This document shows, piece after piece, positions 35,784 through 45,475 of a DNA stretch of 64,000 nt; the first letter of the stretch is position 1; each line of letters opens with the position of its first letter. A model generated the notes under the pieces. It saw only the letters and a list, made by a program, of their open reading frames with translations. It was not told where the DNA came from and did not search any database. Both the position numbers and the translations under genes were made by a program. The stretch spans positions 62,001 to 126,000 of the IMG/VR virus record IMGVR_UViG_3300032214_000715; one strand, given 5' to 3'.

Positions 35784-36737
35784 TCAGATATCGTTGTTTT
35801 TTTTATCTTCTTCGACTAAAACTTCGACCCACGTATCTGGAGTAACACAACAACTACGTAGATCGCCGTACCACTTCTTTAGGAACGGAATCAATCCAGT
35901 GTGCTTTATTTCACCGTTACGAATTGGTGCGCCGACTGGACGAATTCGTCCAATTTCCAATCCGATGCCAGCACGTTTACTAGCATACTTTGCCATCATT
36001 TCACCAGCCGCGAAAATGCTGTCGAGAGTATCGTCTGCGCTAATAAGTACACAACTACTAAACTGCTTAGTAGTAGTGCCAAGACCAGCCAACACAGGTG
36101 TAGCCAGTGTAAAGTGCCCTTCACTAGCACATTCATAATATTCTTTAACATATTTCAATCTTTTTTCTTTTGGTTCCGAGTGAAATGCGGTTGCGGCGGC
36201 GATAGCGTATCGTACTTGCGGAGTTTCGTAGATTTGACCCGTGCTACGATTTTGAACAAGATATTTTTCGCATAGTTGAGCAATTGCCGCATATGTATAC
36301 TTTTCATCTTTACTATGATCAATGAATAGATCAATGATATTCCATTCATCTTGAGTGTACCAATCAAGCAATTCAGGAGTGTATAGTCCCGCTTCTACAT
36401 TTCGTTTAACTATATCATATAGTTTTGGAGGATCATAGTCGTTATACACTTCTTTACGCAACATGCTTACACGCTGTCTGCCGGCCACATATTGATAATT
36501 TACGTTGTTGATTTCTGGATTTTCAGTCTCGTCAATCAAATCCACCATTGCGTTTAATAGCAATTGATCAATTGTTGATGTTTTGATCCCGTCGTGAAAT
36601 TGAATCTGCGCACGTATTTCAATCATACTGGCACTTACACCATCTACCCCGCGACAGGCATGCGCTACTTGTCGTTGAATTTTGGAAATGTCCAACGGAA
36701 CTCTAGCTCCGTCTCGCTTGATAACGTGTATAGTCAT
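35784..36737 (-). CDS. nrdA: NrdA N-terminal fragment (ATP cone) fused to a 21-aa split intein N-part
   Basis: VIKRDG, ATPVLAG, FSSCVL; ...LRSC followed by CVTPDTWVEV. Confidence 0.92.
   Translation of the reverse strand: MTIHVIKRDGARVPLDISKIQRQVAHACRGVDGVSASMIEIRAQIQFHDGIKTSTIDQLLLNAMVDLIDETENPEINNVNYQYVAGRQRVSMLRKEVYNDYDPPKLYDIVKRNVEAGLYTPELLDWYTQDEWNIIDLFIDHSKDEKYTYAAIAQLCEKYLVQNRSTGQIYETPQVRYAIAAATAFHSEPKEKRLKYVKEYYECASEGHFTLATPVLAGLGTTTKQFSSCVLISADDTLDSIFAAGEMMAKYASKRAGIGLEIGRIRPVGAPIRNGEIKHTGLIPFLKKWYGDLRSCCVTPDTWVEVLVEEDKKNNDI
35787..35849 (-). mobile_element. Split intein N-fragment (21 aa)
   Basis: Block A CVTPDTWVEV followed by a short charged tail and stop. Confidence 0.85.
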
Positions 36738-36866
36738 ATTATTTTATCCTAATAATTATGTAACATTTTATACTTATAAAAGTGCTATGTCAATTTATTT
36801 GAGTAAACATTGTGCTCCGAAACTGAACGTACAATTTCGTATTACAGTGCGAATGTTATAGCTTAT

Positions 36867-38477
36867 TTATGTAACTCTAATGCTCAGACTAGTTTTAGTT
36901 TTAACGCTAGCAAAACACGTATTGGTATTGTTATAGGGAGTAACCCCTACAGCGTAAAATCCAGTTTTAGTGGGGGTTCCAGTAATAGTTACTCTTATAG
37001 ATGGTGGTAAATTTGAAGAAGTCGGAATAGCAGTTACTGTAGCAGTGAGTCCACTAGAGATTAAACGTGTTGTGTCTAAATCAGCCGTGGTTGCGTTTCT
37101 TATATTTACTATTGTATTAAGCGGTACATTGACTCGCGCTTGTATAAGCGTGGCGGACGTATATTGGGGGGCGGGGCAATCGGGTGGAGCTACAACTCCG
37201 CTTCCGGCACTTACATTTGTAACGTTGGCTACTGCTCCTCCGTTTCCTAGATTATTAGTAGCATTGACTAGCACATTCCAAGCCTGATTCGTAGTAGTTG
37301 GAGTTCCAGTTATTGTTAGCACATAATCAGTTGCTTTAATCTTGCTTTTTGCGCCACTAAACGTCATAGTAGAGGGCAGACCAGACGCTATAGTAGCGCT
37401 AGTGGCATTTTGTATAGTGATAGTTCCGGTATAGGGATAGTTTCTTTGAAACACCGAGTTTGTATCACTTTGAGTTTTGCTGTTCTTTGATATTTGTCCT
37501 ACCACTGGGTTTGGAGCCGGAGCGGGCAATACAGTGCCAGCACCCGCTGATTTAGTAGTACTAACAGAGGTACAAGTGGTTAGCGCATTAGTGGCTACAA
37601 TGTTAACATTGTAGCTATTAGAACTTGACAGTCGTGGCATTCCACTAATCGTAAGCAAATAATTAAACCCACTTTTTACTCCAGAATGCGTTATTCCTGA
37701 TGGCCAAGTTGTAGTTCCGGATGAACTTAATACTGGAGTGGCGTTAGTGGCATTTTCAATAATTAAAGTTTCCGAGTACGGAACTCCAACAGTAAAACTG
37801 TTGGTCTGTAAGTTTGGAATAACAGGGGCGATACAACTAACGGGAGTAACCTTACCAGTGTTGATAGATACGTCATCTGTGGCAAAGCCCCCTAGATACT
37901 GCTCCAAACAGCCTGTTCCAGTATTAGTGGCCCTTACTTTGATATTGTAGGATTGATTTCCAGTAGTTGGAACTCCAGCTATTAAAAACGTATAATTTCC
38001 AGAGATGGCAGATTGTGACTGAACCTCAATGCCAGTTGGAAGTCCACTTATAGCTGCGCTAGTAGCATTATTAATTGTAATGCTACTACTAAATTGAGTT
38101 CCAACTGTAAAGACCAGAGTTTTTGTAATAGTTCCAATAGTTGGTCTAGTACATGATGGATAATTAACTGATATACTTCCTGTCCTAGTTGAGCTACATA
38201 AACTAACACTACTTATCGTACAGCCTCGTGGGAAATTACAAGCACTTCCCGTCCAAGTGAAACTACTAGGATTTGCCGGGGCAACTCCAGTGAGCATGTA
38301 CCCCGTTTGCGCGGTCCATTCGAATTTAGCACCAGGAAGAGTAGTATTAAACTGAATTTGAGTTGAAGGGTTAGCTACTACAGGTATACTATATGGCTGA
38401 CCCGGAGTTAGCGGGCCGACTAGTCTAAGACTAACTTGGCCGGCACGAATACAAGGATTATTATTAGAGATAATCAT
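36867..38477 (-). CDS. Ig-like (He_PIG-type) repeat protein, about 5 domains
   Basis: LPxG...GTPT repeats. Confidence 0.75.
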   Translation of the reverse strand: MIISNNNPCIRAGQVSLRLVGPLTPGQPYSIPVVANPSTQIQFNTTLPGAKFEWTAQTGYMLTGVAPANPSSFTWTGSACNFPRGCTISSVSLCSSTRTGSISVNYPSCTRPTIGTITKTLVFTVGTQFSSSITINNATSAAISGLPTGIEVQSQSAISGNYTFLIAGVPTTGNQSYNIKVRATNTGTGCLEQYLGGFATDDVSINTGKVTPVSCIAPVIPNLQTNSFTVGVPYSETLIIENATNATPVLSSSGTTTWPSGITHSGVKSGFNYLLTISGMPRLSSSNSYNVNIVATNALTTCTSVSTTKSAGAGTVLPAPAPNPVVGQISKNSKTQSDTNSVFQRNYPYTGTITIQNATSATIASGLPSTMTFSGAKSKIKATDYVLTITGTPTTTNQAWNVLVNATNNLGNGGAVANVTNVSAGSGVVAPPDCPAPQYTSATLIQARVNVPLNTIVNIRNATTADLDTTRLISSGLTATVTAIPTSSNLPPSIRVTITGTPTKTGFYAVGVTPYNNTNTCFASVKTKTSLSIRVT

Positions 38478-38497
38478 TAGTTTCCTATAAATGTTAT

Positions 38498-41400
38498 TTA
38501 TGCGCCACCAACTTTACCACTTCCGGCTGGAGCTTCTTCCACAATTGCTGTAGTACAAGTGCTACTAAAGTTACTTGCTTTTACTATTAACGAATATGAC
38601 TGTCCGCTGACGGTGGGAGTTCCAGTTAAGGTGATAACATAATTATTGCCTGATTTTGCGCCTGTAGCTTTTATTCCACTAGGGAGTCTATTCTTTAAAA
38701 ATACAAATGACGCTAAGGTGGCATTTGTTACCGTTATACTTCCGTTATATGGAACTCCTTTTACAAACACGTTCGGCGCGACAGTTCCTACTACGGGCGT
38801 AGTACACGCAGGCTGTTTTGCTACAACTCCTGCTCCTACACTGAATTCTGTTATTTGTGCTGCGGCTTTTCCTCCGCCACAAGCATTGGTAGCATTCACA
38901 GTTGCGCCCCACGGTTGATCCTCTGTTGTAGGAGTTCCGCTGAGAGTTAGAACATAATTAGCTCCACTTGGAGCCCCAGTTACTGTTATTCCAGTTGGCA
39001 GTCCGCTTATGGTAGCCACTGTTGCTTTGCTTACGGTTATAGTTACGGGACCGTAAGCCACATTTCGCTGAAAAGCTGACTGCGTTGTAGTCATTTTTGA
39101 CACAGACGGAGTATCACATACTGGGGCAGAGGCAACGATACCGTTTCCTATCTTAACGTCTTTTATTTCTGTGGTGGTTTTTCCACTGCCACAGGCGTTA
39201 GTAGCACTAACTGTAGCACTCCATACTTCAGCAGCATCGGTAGGTGTGCCGCTGATTGTAATTACATAATTACCAGCATTAACAGCTCCAGTCTGCGTGA
39301 TTCCTTTAGGAAGACCAGTGATTGTAGCTGCGGTCGCTTTGCTTACTGTTAGCGTTGCGGGGCCGTATGCTACATTCTTTTGAAACTGAGTGGATGTTAA
39401 CTGGGCAGCAATCGGAGTATCACATTCTGGTGCCGCCGCAACTGTTCCACTTCCAATTTGTATGTCTGATACTTCAGCATCGTCATTTCCGCCTTCACAA
39501 ACATTGGCGGCGCTAGCTTTAATTGTCCAAGAACCAGCAGTAGTTGGAGTGCCACTGATTGTGAGTACATAATTAGAACCGCTAATTGCCCCAGTGGCAG
39601 TAATTCCAGCCGGCATTCCACTTAGTGTGGCAATGGTTGCGTTAGCTATAGTTAGCGTTGTTGTTGTATATGCTACGTTTCTTTGAAATACTGTGTTAGA
39701 CAGTAACGGAATATCTGGAGCAGCGCAGCGCGGTGCCCCGAGTACAGTTCCACTAGCGATTTGTTTATTCAAAAGTTGACCAACAATTCCTCCGCACTCA
39801 TTCTTGGCGCTGATTATAATTGAGTATGTACCCACTGTTGTAGGAGTACCACTCAACGTGTAAGTAACACTTGAAGAAGTAGACGTGACGGTTCCATTAA
39901 TCCCCGGCAATCCATTTATTGTTATTGAAGCGTCCCCGTCCGTTACCGGAGAAATTAATATAGTTACTGGACCGTATGGCACGTTCTTTTGAAATTGTGT
40001 TTGAGCCAGAGTGGTTGTTACTGTTGGAGTGTCACATTGTGGCGCTGCTGCCACTGTTCCATTTCCAATTGATATGTCTTTTACTTCAGCGGTTGTTTTT
40101 CCTTCGCCGCAAGCGTTGGCCGCACTAACCTTTGCCGCCCAAGTACCAGCAGTAGTTGGAGTGCCACTGATTGTGAATACATAATTAGCTCCACTGATTG
40201 CTCCCTCGGCAGTAATGCCAGCTGGTAATCCGGTAACTGTAGCAGTGGTGGCGTTAGTGATGGTTAGAGTTGTTGGTCCATAAGCAGTGCTAACTTGTAG
40301 TGCGGTAGACTGTAGTGTTGGCACCGTTGGAGCAACGCAGAGAGGGGCATCCAAAACTACTCCACTGGAAACCTCAAAATTGTTGATAACCGTTTTTAAT
40401 TTACCAGAGCCGCAATCATTTGTAGCAGTGACTAATATCTTCCAACTTTGCGCTGCGTCAGTTGGCGTGCCGCTGACAGTGAATACATAATTGAGTCCAC
40501 TAACAGCACCCACAGCAGTAACTCCACTGGGTAGCCCACTTAAAGTAGCAGTGGTGGCGTTGTTTATAGTTAGAGTTGTCGGACCATACGCTACATTCTT
40601 TTGAAAAATTGGAGTAGCAAACGCGCTTATTGTTGGGGTAGTACATAGTGGGGCTGGATCTACTTTTCCGCTGCCGGCATTCAAATTACTGACGACGGAA
40701 GTAGTTTTTCCTCCACCACAAGCATTTTCTGCTGCTATCACCATAGCGTATACTTGTCCACTAGTAGTGGGAGTTCCACTTAAGTTAATAACATAGTCAG
40801 CTCCATCAACCGCTCCAGTTTGATTTATACCAGTCGGAATAGTTCCTGTTAATGTTGCTTTTGTGGCATTTTTAACTGTGATTTTTCCCGTATACGCTAT
40901 TTGTTCCACGAACGTATTTGGATCTACTAATATAACTAGTGGGCTAGTACAAATTGGAGCTGCGGTTACAGTTCCAGTTCCCACACTTGACCCTATTATT
41001 GAAGACTTGGTTTTTCCACCGCCGCAATCATTATCGGCACTTACTAATACTTCCCATTTTTGATCGGCAGTTGTAGGGGTACCGCTAACGGTAAATTTGT
41101 AATTGACTCCATCTTGTTGTCCAGTGGCTGCTACTCCAGTTGGAAGTCCACTAATAGTGGCGCCCGTGGCATTAGTGATCGTAATTGTGCCACTATACGC
41201 TACATTTCTTTGAAATGCGGTTGCTCCAAAAGTTAGTGATACACTTGGAACAACACAAAGTGGAGCCGCAGATACCGTACCAGTAAGAACAGTTCTTCTT
41301 GAGGTATTAGTACTACAAGTAGAACCACTATTGGTGGCATCCACTAGTATAGTATATGACTCTATGCTAATAGTAGGTGTACCCGATAACGTTAGTATGT

Positions 41401-44400
41401 AATTAGCTCCGTTAGCAGCACCCGTACTGGTAATACCAGTTGGGAGCCCAGTTATAGTAGCGCTAGTAGCATTAGTTATCGTAACAGACCCACTATAAGC
41501 AACGCTTTTTTGAAATTGAGTTGAACTCAGTGTTCCTATAGATGGAGCGGCACATGGTGGGGCTGCTGCCACTGTTCCTTTACCAATGGGAATATTAGTT
41601 ATCTCACTAGTAGTTTTTCCTCCACCACACGCATTAGTACCGCTTATTGTAGCAGCCCAGGTCTGTGATGCGACCGTAGGAGTTCCACTTAGTGTAAGAA
41701 CGTAACCATTGTCACTGGCCGCACCGGTTACGGTAATGCCAGTTGGAAGTCCGCTGATGGTGGCGATAGTTGCGTTAGGTATCGTTAACGTCGCAGAGTA
41801 TGCTACCGCTGCTTGAAAATTTGTAGAAGAAAGTTGTGAAACAGTTGGTTTAGTACATAGCGGAGCTGGTCGTACTGTTCCGGAACCAGCCGCTAATGTA
41901 GCCGTGGAAGTAGTTTTCCCACCACCACAAGCATTAGTAGCACTTACAGATGCTGTCCACGCCTCTTCTGTTGTAGGAGTTCCGCTGAGTGTTAGTACAT
42001 AATTAGCTCCGCTGACTGCGCCTGTACTAGTAACTCCAGTTGGAAGTCCAGTTATAGTAGCGCTAGTTGCGTTTGATACAGTGATTGTCTCACCAGTCGC
42101 TACATTTTTTTGAAACACTGCTGTCCCTAAACTTGTAGTAGTAGGGGTTGTACAAGCTGGTGGAGGAGCTACTGTCCCAGATCCCAAATAATTATTAGGG
42201 AAAGACAGACTGCTTGACGAATCAACGCAGTTTTTCCCCGAATTTATTGCTTGAATTTTTATGTCGTATGCTTGACCGCTTACCGTAGGAGTTCCACTAA
42301 TAGTGAATACATAGCTGGTTCCACTAGCTGCGCCAGTAGCTGTTATTCCAGTTGGTAGTCCAGTTATAGTAGCTGTAGTTGTGTTTTGTAAACCAATGTA
42401 ACTTGTAAACGCAACGTTGGCTTGAAACTTAAAGACGGTGTAAGTAGATAATGCTGAACTGGAGCAACCAAATCCTGGGGCGGTTCTAGAAACACCTGTT
42501 GATATCGCTTGATCGTTCAGGAAAATAGCATTATCTGGAAAACTGTAGACTTCTACACCGGTGTAGGTCTCCGCAGCGCGACATATCCCAAATTTAGCTG
42601 GAGCGTTGATAGTCATCAATATAGGACCAAATTTTTGATAGGGTAACGTTGGGGTTCCTTGAATACTGAATGCTATATGTTCAGGATAACTAGAATTAGC
42701 TGGCGCCGGACTGATGGTTATTCCCGTTGGTAGCATAGGTATTCCGGCTGCGACACTTGCGGAGCTAGTACTAAATATAGCAGACTCGCCATTAATGTAA
42801 AAAGTATGATTGTACTCAAATTTTTCTCTAAACATTGGCAGCGGGGTGGGCTGAGATTTAATGGGGACACAGGGCGATAAATTAGTCACAGTTCCGCTAC
42901 CAGCACTGATATTGGCAACCGATGATGAAAATTCTTTATCAGCGAGATTATTTTCAGCACTCACCGCTATATTATAGGGTTGACTAGTGGAGGTAGGAGT
43001 TCCACTAAGTGTAAAAATATAATCGCTGCCACTTGCCGCACCTACAGCAGTTATTCCAGCAGGAAGCCCGCTTATAGTAGCACTAGTAGCATTGGTGACT
43101 TTAACAGTTCCTGTATATTTGGTCTCAATTTTAAAAGAATTAGAAGAAATGAAGCCGACCGATGGTTTGGGACTAGTTCGTTCCGCTAACGATTTAGTAA
43201 CAGTACCAGTTCCCGCACTTACGTTAACCAGATTTCTAGGCGGTTCCTGAGTACAAAACTGAGAGGAAGCATTAACTTTAATATCGTATACTTGACCCCC
43301 TTTATTCGGTGTACCAGATAACGTTAGAAGATAATCACGCCCAAATGCCTGACCAGTTACAGTAATTCCACTAGGTAAATTGGCTAAATTTTCTTTTGCT
43401 ATGCCTGCCGTTTGAGCCTGTTTAACAGTAATGCTTCCAGTATACGCAACACCAGAGGCAAAAGCATTTGGACTTACTGTTTGTACATCTGGATCTATAC
43501 ATTTAATATATCCAGTGGCAATTTGAATGGCAGTCGCAGTATTAGTAAAACAAGTGCTACCAGTATTAGTTGCGTCAAATCTAATGTTATACGTGGCTCC
43601 AGGGGGTCCAGAAGCAGTTCCACTAATTGTTATGCGATATCCAGTTCCGAACGGTGTTGAACTTGTTGCTGTAATTCCAATTGGAAGACCATATATTTTT
43701 GGAGCAGAGGTACAGTTGAATACGTCTATCGTGCCTGTATAAGCATCAAATATTCTAAAGTTATTTTCACTTGTAAGAGTCGCAGTTGGTAGTACGCACG
43801 AATCGTACTGAACTGTACCGCTACCCGCTGAGCCACTAATAGTATTAGTTTCAACCCCAGAAACTTCGTTAGTAGCAGTGACTGTAGCTGCCCACGACTC
43901 TCCACCGACTGTGGGTTTTCCAGTAATAGTGAATATGTAACTTGTGCCGCTTCTAACTCCGGTAGCAGTTATTCCAGCTGGGAGTCCAGTTATAGTAGCG
44001 CTAGTAGCATTAGATATCGTCAATGTACTATTGTAGTTAAAATTTGCCTGAAATATAGAGTTGATTTTATCTGGTTGTGATAGTGAGTTAGTCGCTATTT
44101 TTCTTATAGTGGGCGCGGTTGCTTTTTCTTTATTCACAGTCCCAGTTGCCACAGATGTTAATCCGGTACTTGCTTGACCGCATCCACCAGGATTATTAAT
44201 GGCGTTTATTTTAAAATCAAATATTTGTCCACTAGTAGTTGGAGTTCCAAGAAATCTAGCTGTAAAAGTAGTGCCAACTTTTGAGTTGGAACTGTATACA
44301 ACACCAGTTGGTAGTCCAGTAACTGTAATGCCAGTGGCATTTTCTATAGTAACATTTCCAGTGTAATACACACCTTTTTGAAATGTAGTATTATCAAGTG

Positions 44401-45034
44401 TTCCAATTGTTGGAGTGGTACATGGAGTTAGTCCTACCTTGCCCGACACCACTAACGTTGGAGACATACCAGAGGCAGCACATCCGCCTGGGCTATTCCC
44501 GCCAGTTACTGAAATATTGTATGACTGATTAACAGTTGGAGTTCCAGATAGAGTCCAAACATAATTACTTCCGCTTGTCGCTCCAGTTCTATTAATACCA
44601 GTAGGCAGCCCTGAAATTCCACTACTAGTGGCGTTATTTATGGTGATTGTTCCATTAAATGCTTGTCCTAGTATAAAATTTAGCGGAGGACTAACTGTTC
44701 CAATTGATGGAGTCGCGCATGCTGGCGCTCCTACCGTGCCCGAAACTGTTGTTCCTATTTTTCTGTTACACCCAACAGCATCAGCGTTGGTGGCTTCAAA
44801 ATACATTTTGTATTTTTCACCAGAGGTAGTGGGAGTTCCAGCTAATGATATACTTGATCCACTAGTTTGTCTAGTGACTCCAGATACACTTATTCCCGAT
44901 GGCAGCCCTGTCACTGTTATACTAGTCGCGTTACTGAAATAATATGAGCCGGACATATATACGCCCTGTCGCATATTGGTAAATACTCCAGGAACAGTAG
45001 TAGCTGGTGCTGGGTTAACGCATGGAAATGGCAT
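38498..45034 (-). CDS. Giant Ig-like repeat protein, about 21 domains
   Basis: About 100-aa repeats GLPTGI...LSGTPT...N-C. Confidence 0.8.
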   Translation of the reverse strand: MPFPCVNPAPATTVPGVFTNMRQGVYMSGSYYFSNATSITVTGLPSGISVSGVTRQTSGSSISLAGTPTTSGEKYKMYFEATNADAVGCNRKIGTTVSGTVGAPACATPSIGTVSPPLNFILGQAFNGTITINNATSSGISGLPTGINRTGATSGSNYVWTLSGTPTVNQSYNISVTGGNSPGGCAASGMSPTLVVSGKVGLTPCTTPTIGTLDNTTFQKGVYYTGNVTIENATGITVTGLPTGVVYSSNSKVGTTFTARFLGTPTTSGQIFDFKINAINNPGGCGQASTGLTSVATGTVNKEKATAPTIRKIATNSLSQPDKINSIFQANFNYNSTLTISNATSATITGLPAGITATGVRSGTSYIFTITGKPTVGGESWAATVTATNEVSGVETNTISGSAGSGTVQYDSCVLPTATLTSENNFRIFDAYTGTIDVFNCTSAPKIYGLPIGITATSSTPFGTGYRITISGTASGPPGATYNIRFDATNTGSTCFTNTATAIQIATGYIKCIDPDVQTVSPNAFASGVAYTGSITVKQAQTAGIAKENLANLPSGITVTGQAFGRDYLLTLSGTPNKGGQVYDIKVNASSQFCTQEPPRNLVNVSAGTGTVTKSLAERTSPKPSVGFISSNSFKIETKYTGTVKVTNATSATISGLPAGITAVGAASGSDYIFTLSGTPTSTSQPYNIAVSAENNLADKEFSSSVANISAGSGTVTNLSPCVPIKSQPTPLPMFREKFEYNHTFYINGESAIFSTSSASVAAGIPMLPTGITISPAPANSSYPEHIAFSIQGTPTLPYQKFGPILMTINAPAKFGICRAAETYTGVEVYSFPDNAIFLNDQAISTGVSRTAPGFGCSSSALSTYTVFKFQANVAFTSYIGLQNTTTATITGLPTGITATGAASGTSYVFTISGTPTVSGQAYDIKIQAINSGKNCVDSSSSLSFPNNYLGSGTVAPPPACTTPTTTSLGTAVFQKNVATGETITVSNATSATITGLPTGVTSTGAVSGANYVLTLSGTPTTEEAWTASVSATNACGGGKTTSTATLAAGSGTVRPAPLCTKPTVSQLSSTNFQAAVAYSATLTIPNATIATISGLPTGITVTGAASDNGYVLTLSGTPTVASQTWAATISGTNACGGGKTTSEITNIPIGKGTVAAAPPCAAPSIGTLSSTQFQKSVAYSGSVTITNATSATITGLPTGITSTGAANGANYILTLSGTPTISIESYTILVDATNSGSTCSTNTSRRTVLTGTVSAAPLCVVPSVSLTFGATAFQRNVAYSGTITITNATGATISGLPTGVAATGQQDGVNYKFTVSGTPTTADQKWEVLVSADNDCGGGKTKSSIIGSSVGTGTVTAAPICTSPLVILVDPNTFVEQIAYTGKITVKNATKATLTGTIPTGINQTGAVDGADYVINLSGTPTTSGQVYAMVIAAENACGGGKTTSVVSNLNAGSGKVDPAPLCTTPTISAFATPIFQKNVAYGPTTLTINNATTATLSGLPSGVTAVGAVSGLNYVFTVSGTPTDAAQSWKILVTATNDCGSGKLKTVINNFEVSSGVVLDAPLCVAPTVPTLQSTALQVSTAYGPTTLTITNATTATVTGLPAGITAEGAISGANYVFTISGTPTTAGTWAAKVSAANACGEGKTTAEVKDISIGNGTVAAAPQCDTPTVTTTLAQTQFQKNVPYGPVTILISPVTDGDASITINGLPGINGTVTSTSSSVTYTLSGTPTTVGTYSIIISAKNECGGIVGQLLNKQIASGTVLGAPRCAAPDIPLLSNTVFQRNVAYTTTTLTIANATIATLSGMPAGITATGAISGSNYVLTISGTPTTAGSWTIKASAANVCEGGNDDAEVSDIQIGSGTVAAAPECDTPIAAQLTSTQFQKNVAYGPATLTVSKATAATITGLPKGITQTGAVNAGNYVITISGTPTDAAEVWSATVSATNACGSGKTTTEIKDVKIGNGIVASAPVCDTPSVSKMTTTQSAFQRNVAYGPVTITVSKATVATISGLPTGITVTGAPSGANYVLTLSGTPTTEDQPWGATVNATNACGGGKAAAQITEFSVGAGVVAKQPACTTPVVGTVAPNVFVKGVPYNGSITVTNATLASFVFLKNRLPSGIKATGAKSGNNYVITLTGTPTVSGQSYSLIVKASNFSSTCTTAIVEEAPAGSGKVGGA

Positions 45035-45036
45035 AA

Positions 45037-45474
45037 TTATTTAATGTTGTTCTTTAAAGTATCTAAGTTCATTTGTCTTAGTATGGTAAAATCGTTTATA
45101 CTAGTATTTAGCACAGATTTTGGATAATAGTTCAACACATACTTAGCGTGACCCACAATTACTAAATAATGTTCTTCGGCCTGAGTATCGTTTGCTGCTA
45201 CTAAATTTACTTCAGTAATATCACTGAGCATAAGCGTATAGCAAATGCCCATAGCTCTAGTTAGAGTACAATAAGTATTGTCCGATAACATAGTCCAGGG
45301 ATCAGGCCACGATTCACTATCAGCCCAGTGTAAATGATGATTTATTAATGGGGCTCTTTGCCACCAATCATCAACCGCTACACAAACTTTATCCAAAGAC
45401 ATACCACGAATTTCAATACGAAGACTTTTCCACTCTCTTATTCTATAGTTATAGTCTGCCTGAAAAACGTTCAT
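45037..45474 (-). CDS. Hypothetical protein
   Basis: 145-aa ORF in the structural operon. Confidence 0.75.
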   Translation of the reverse strand: MNVFQADYNYRIREWKSLRIEIRGMSLDKVCVAVDDWWQRAPLINHHLHWADSESWPDPWTMLSDNTYCTLTRAMGICYTLMLSDITEVNLVAANDTQAEEHYLVIVGHAKYVLNYYPKSVLNTSINDFTILRQMNLDTLKNNIK

Positions 45475-45475
45475 A

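Noticed and set aside
34639-35849. Frameshifted contiguous intein with internal endonuclease
   Set aside because: The nuclease has its own regulated RBS and lies right after block A, not at the usual internal position; three separate ORFs fit better.
38498-45034. Diversity-generating retroelement target
   Set aside because: No reverse transcriptase or adenine-specific template/variable repeat pair was seen in the window.
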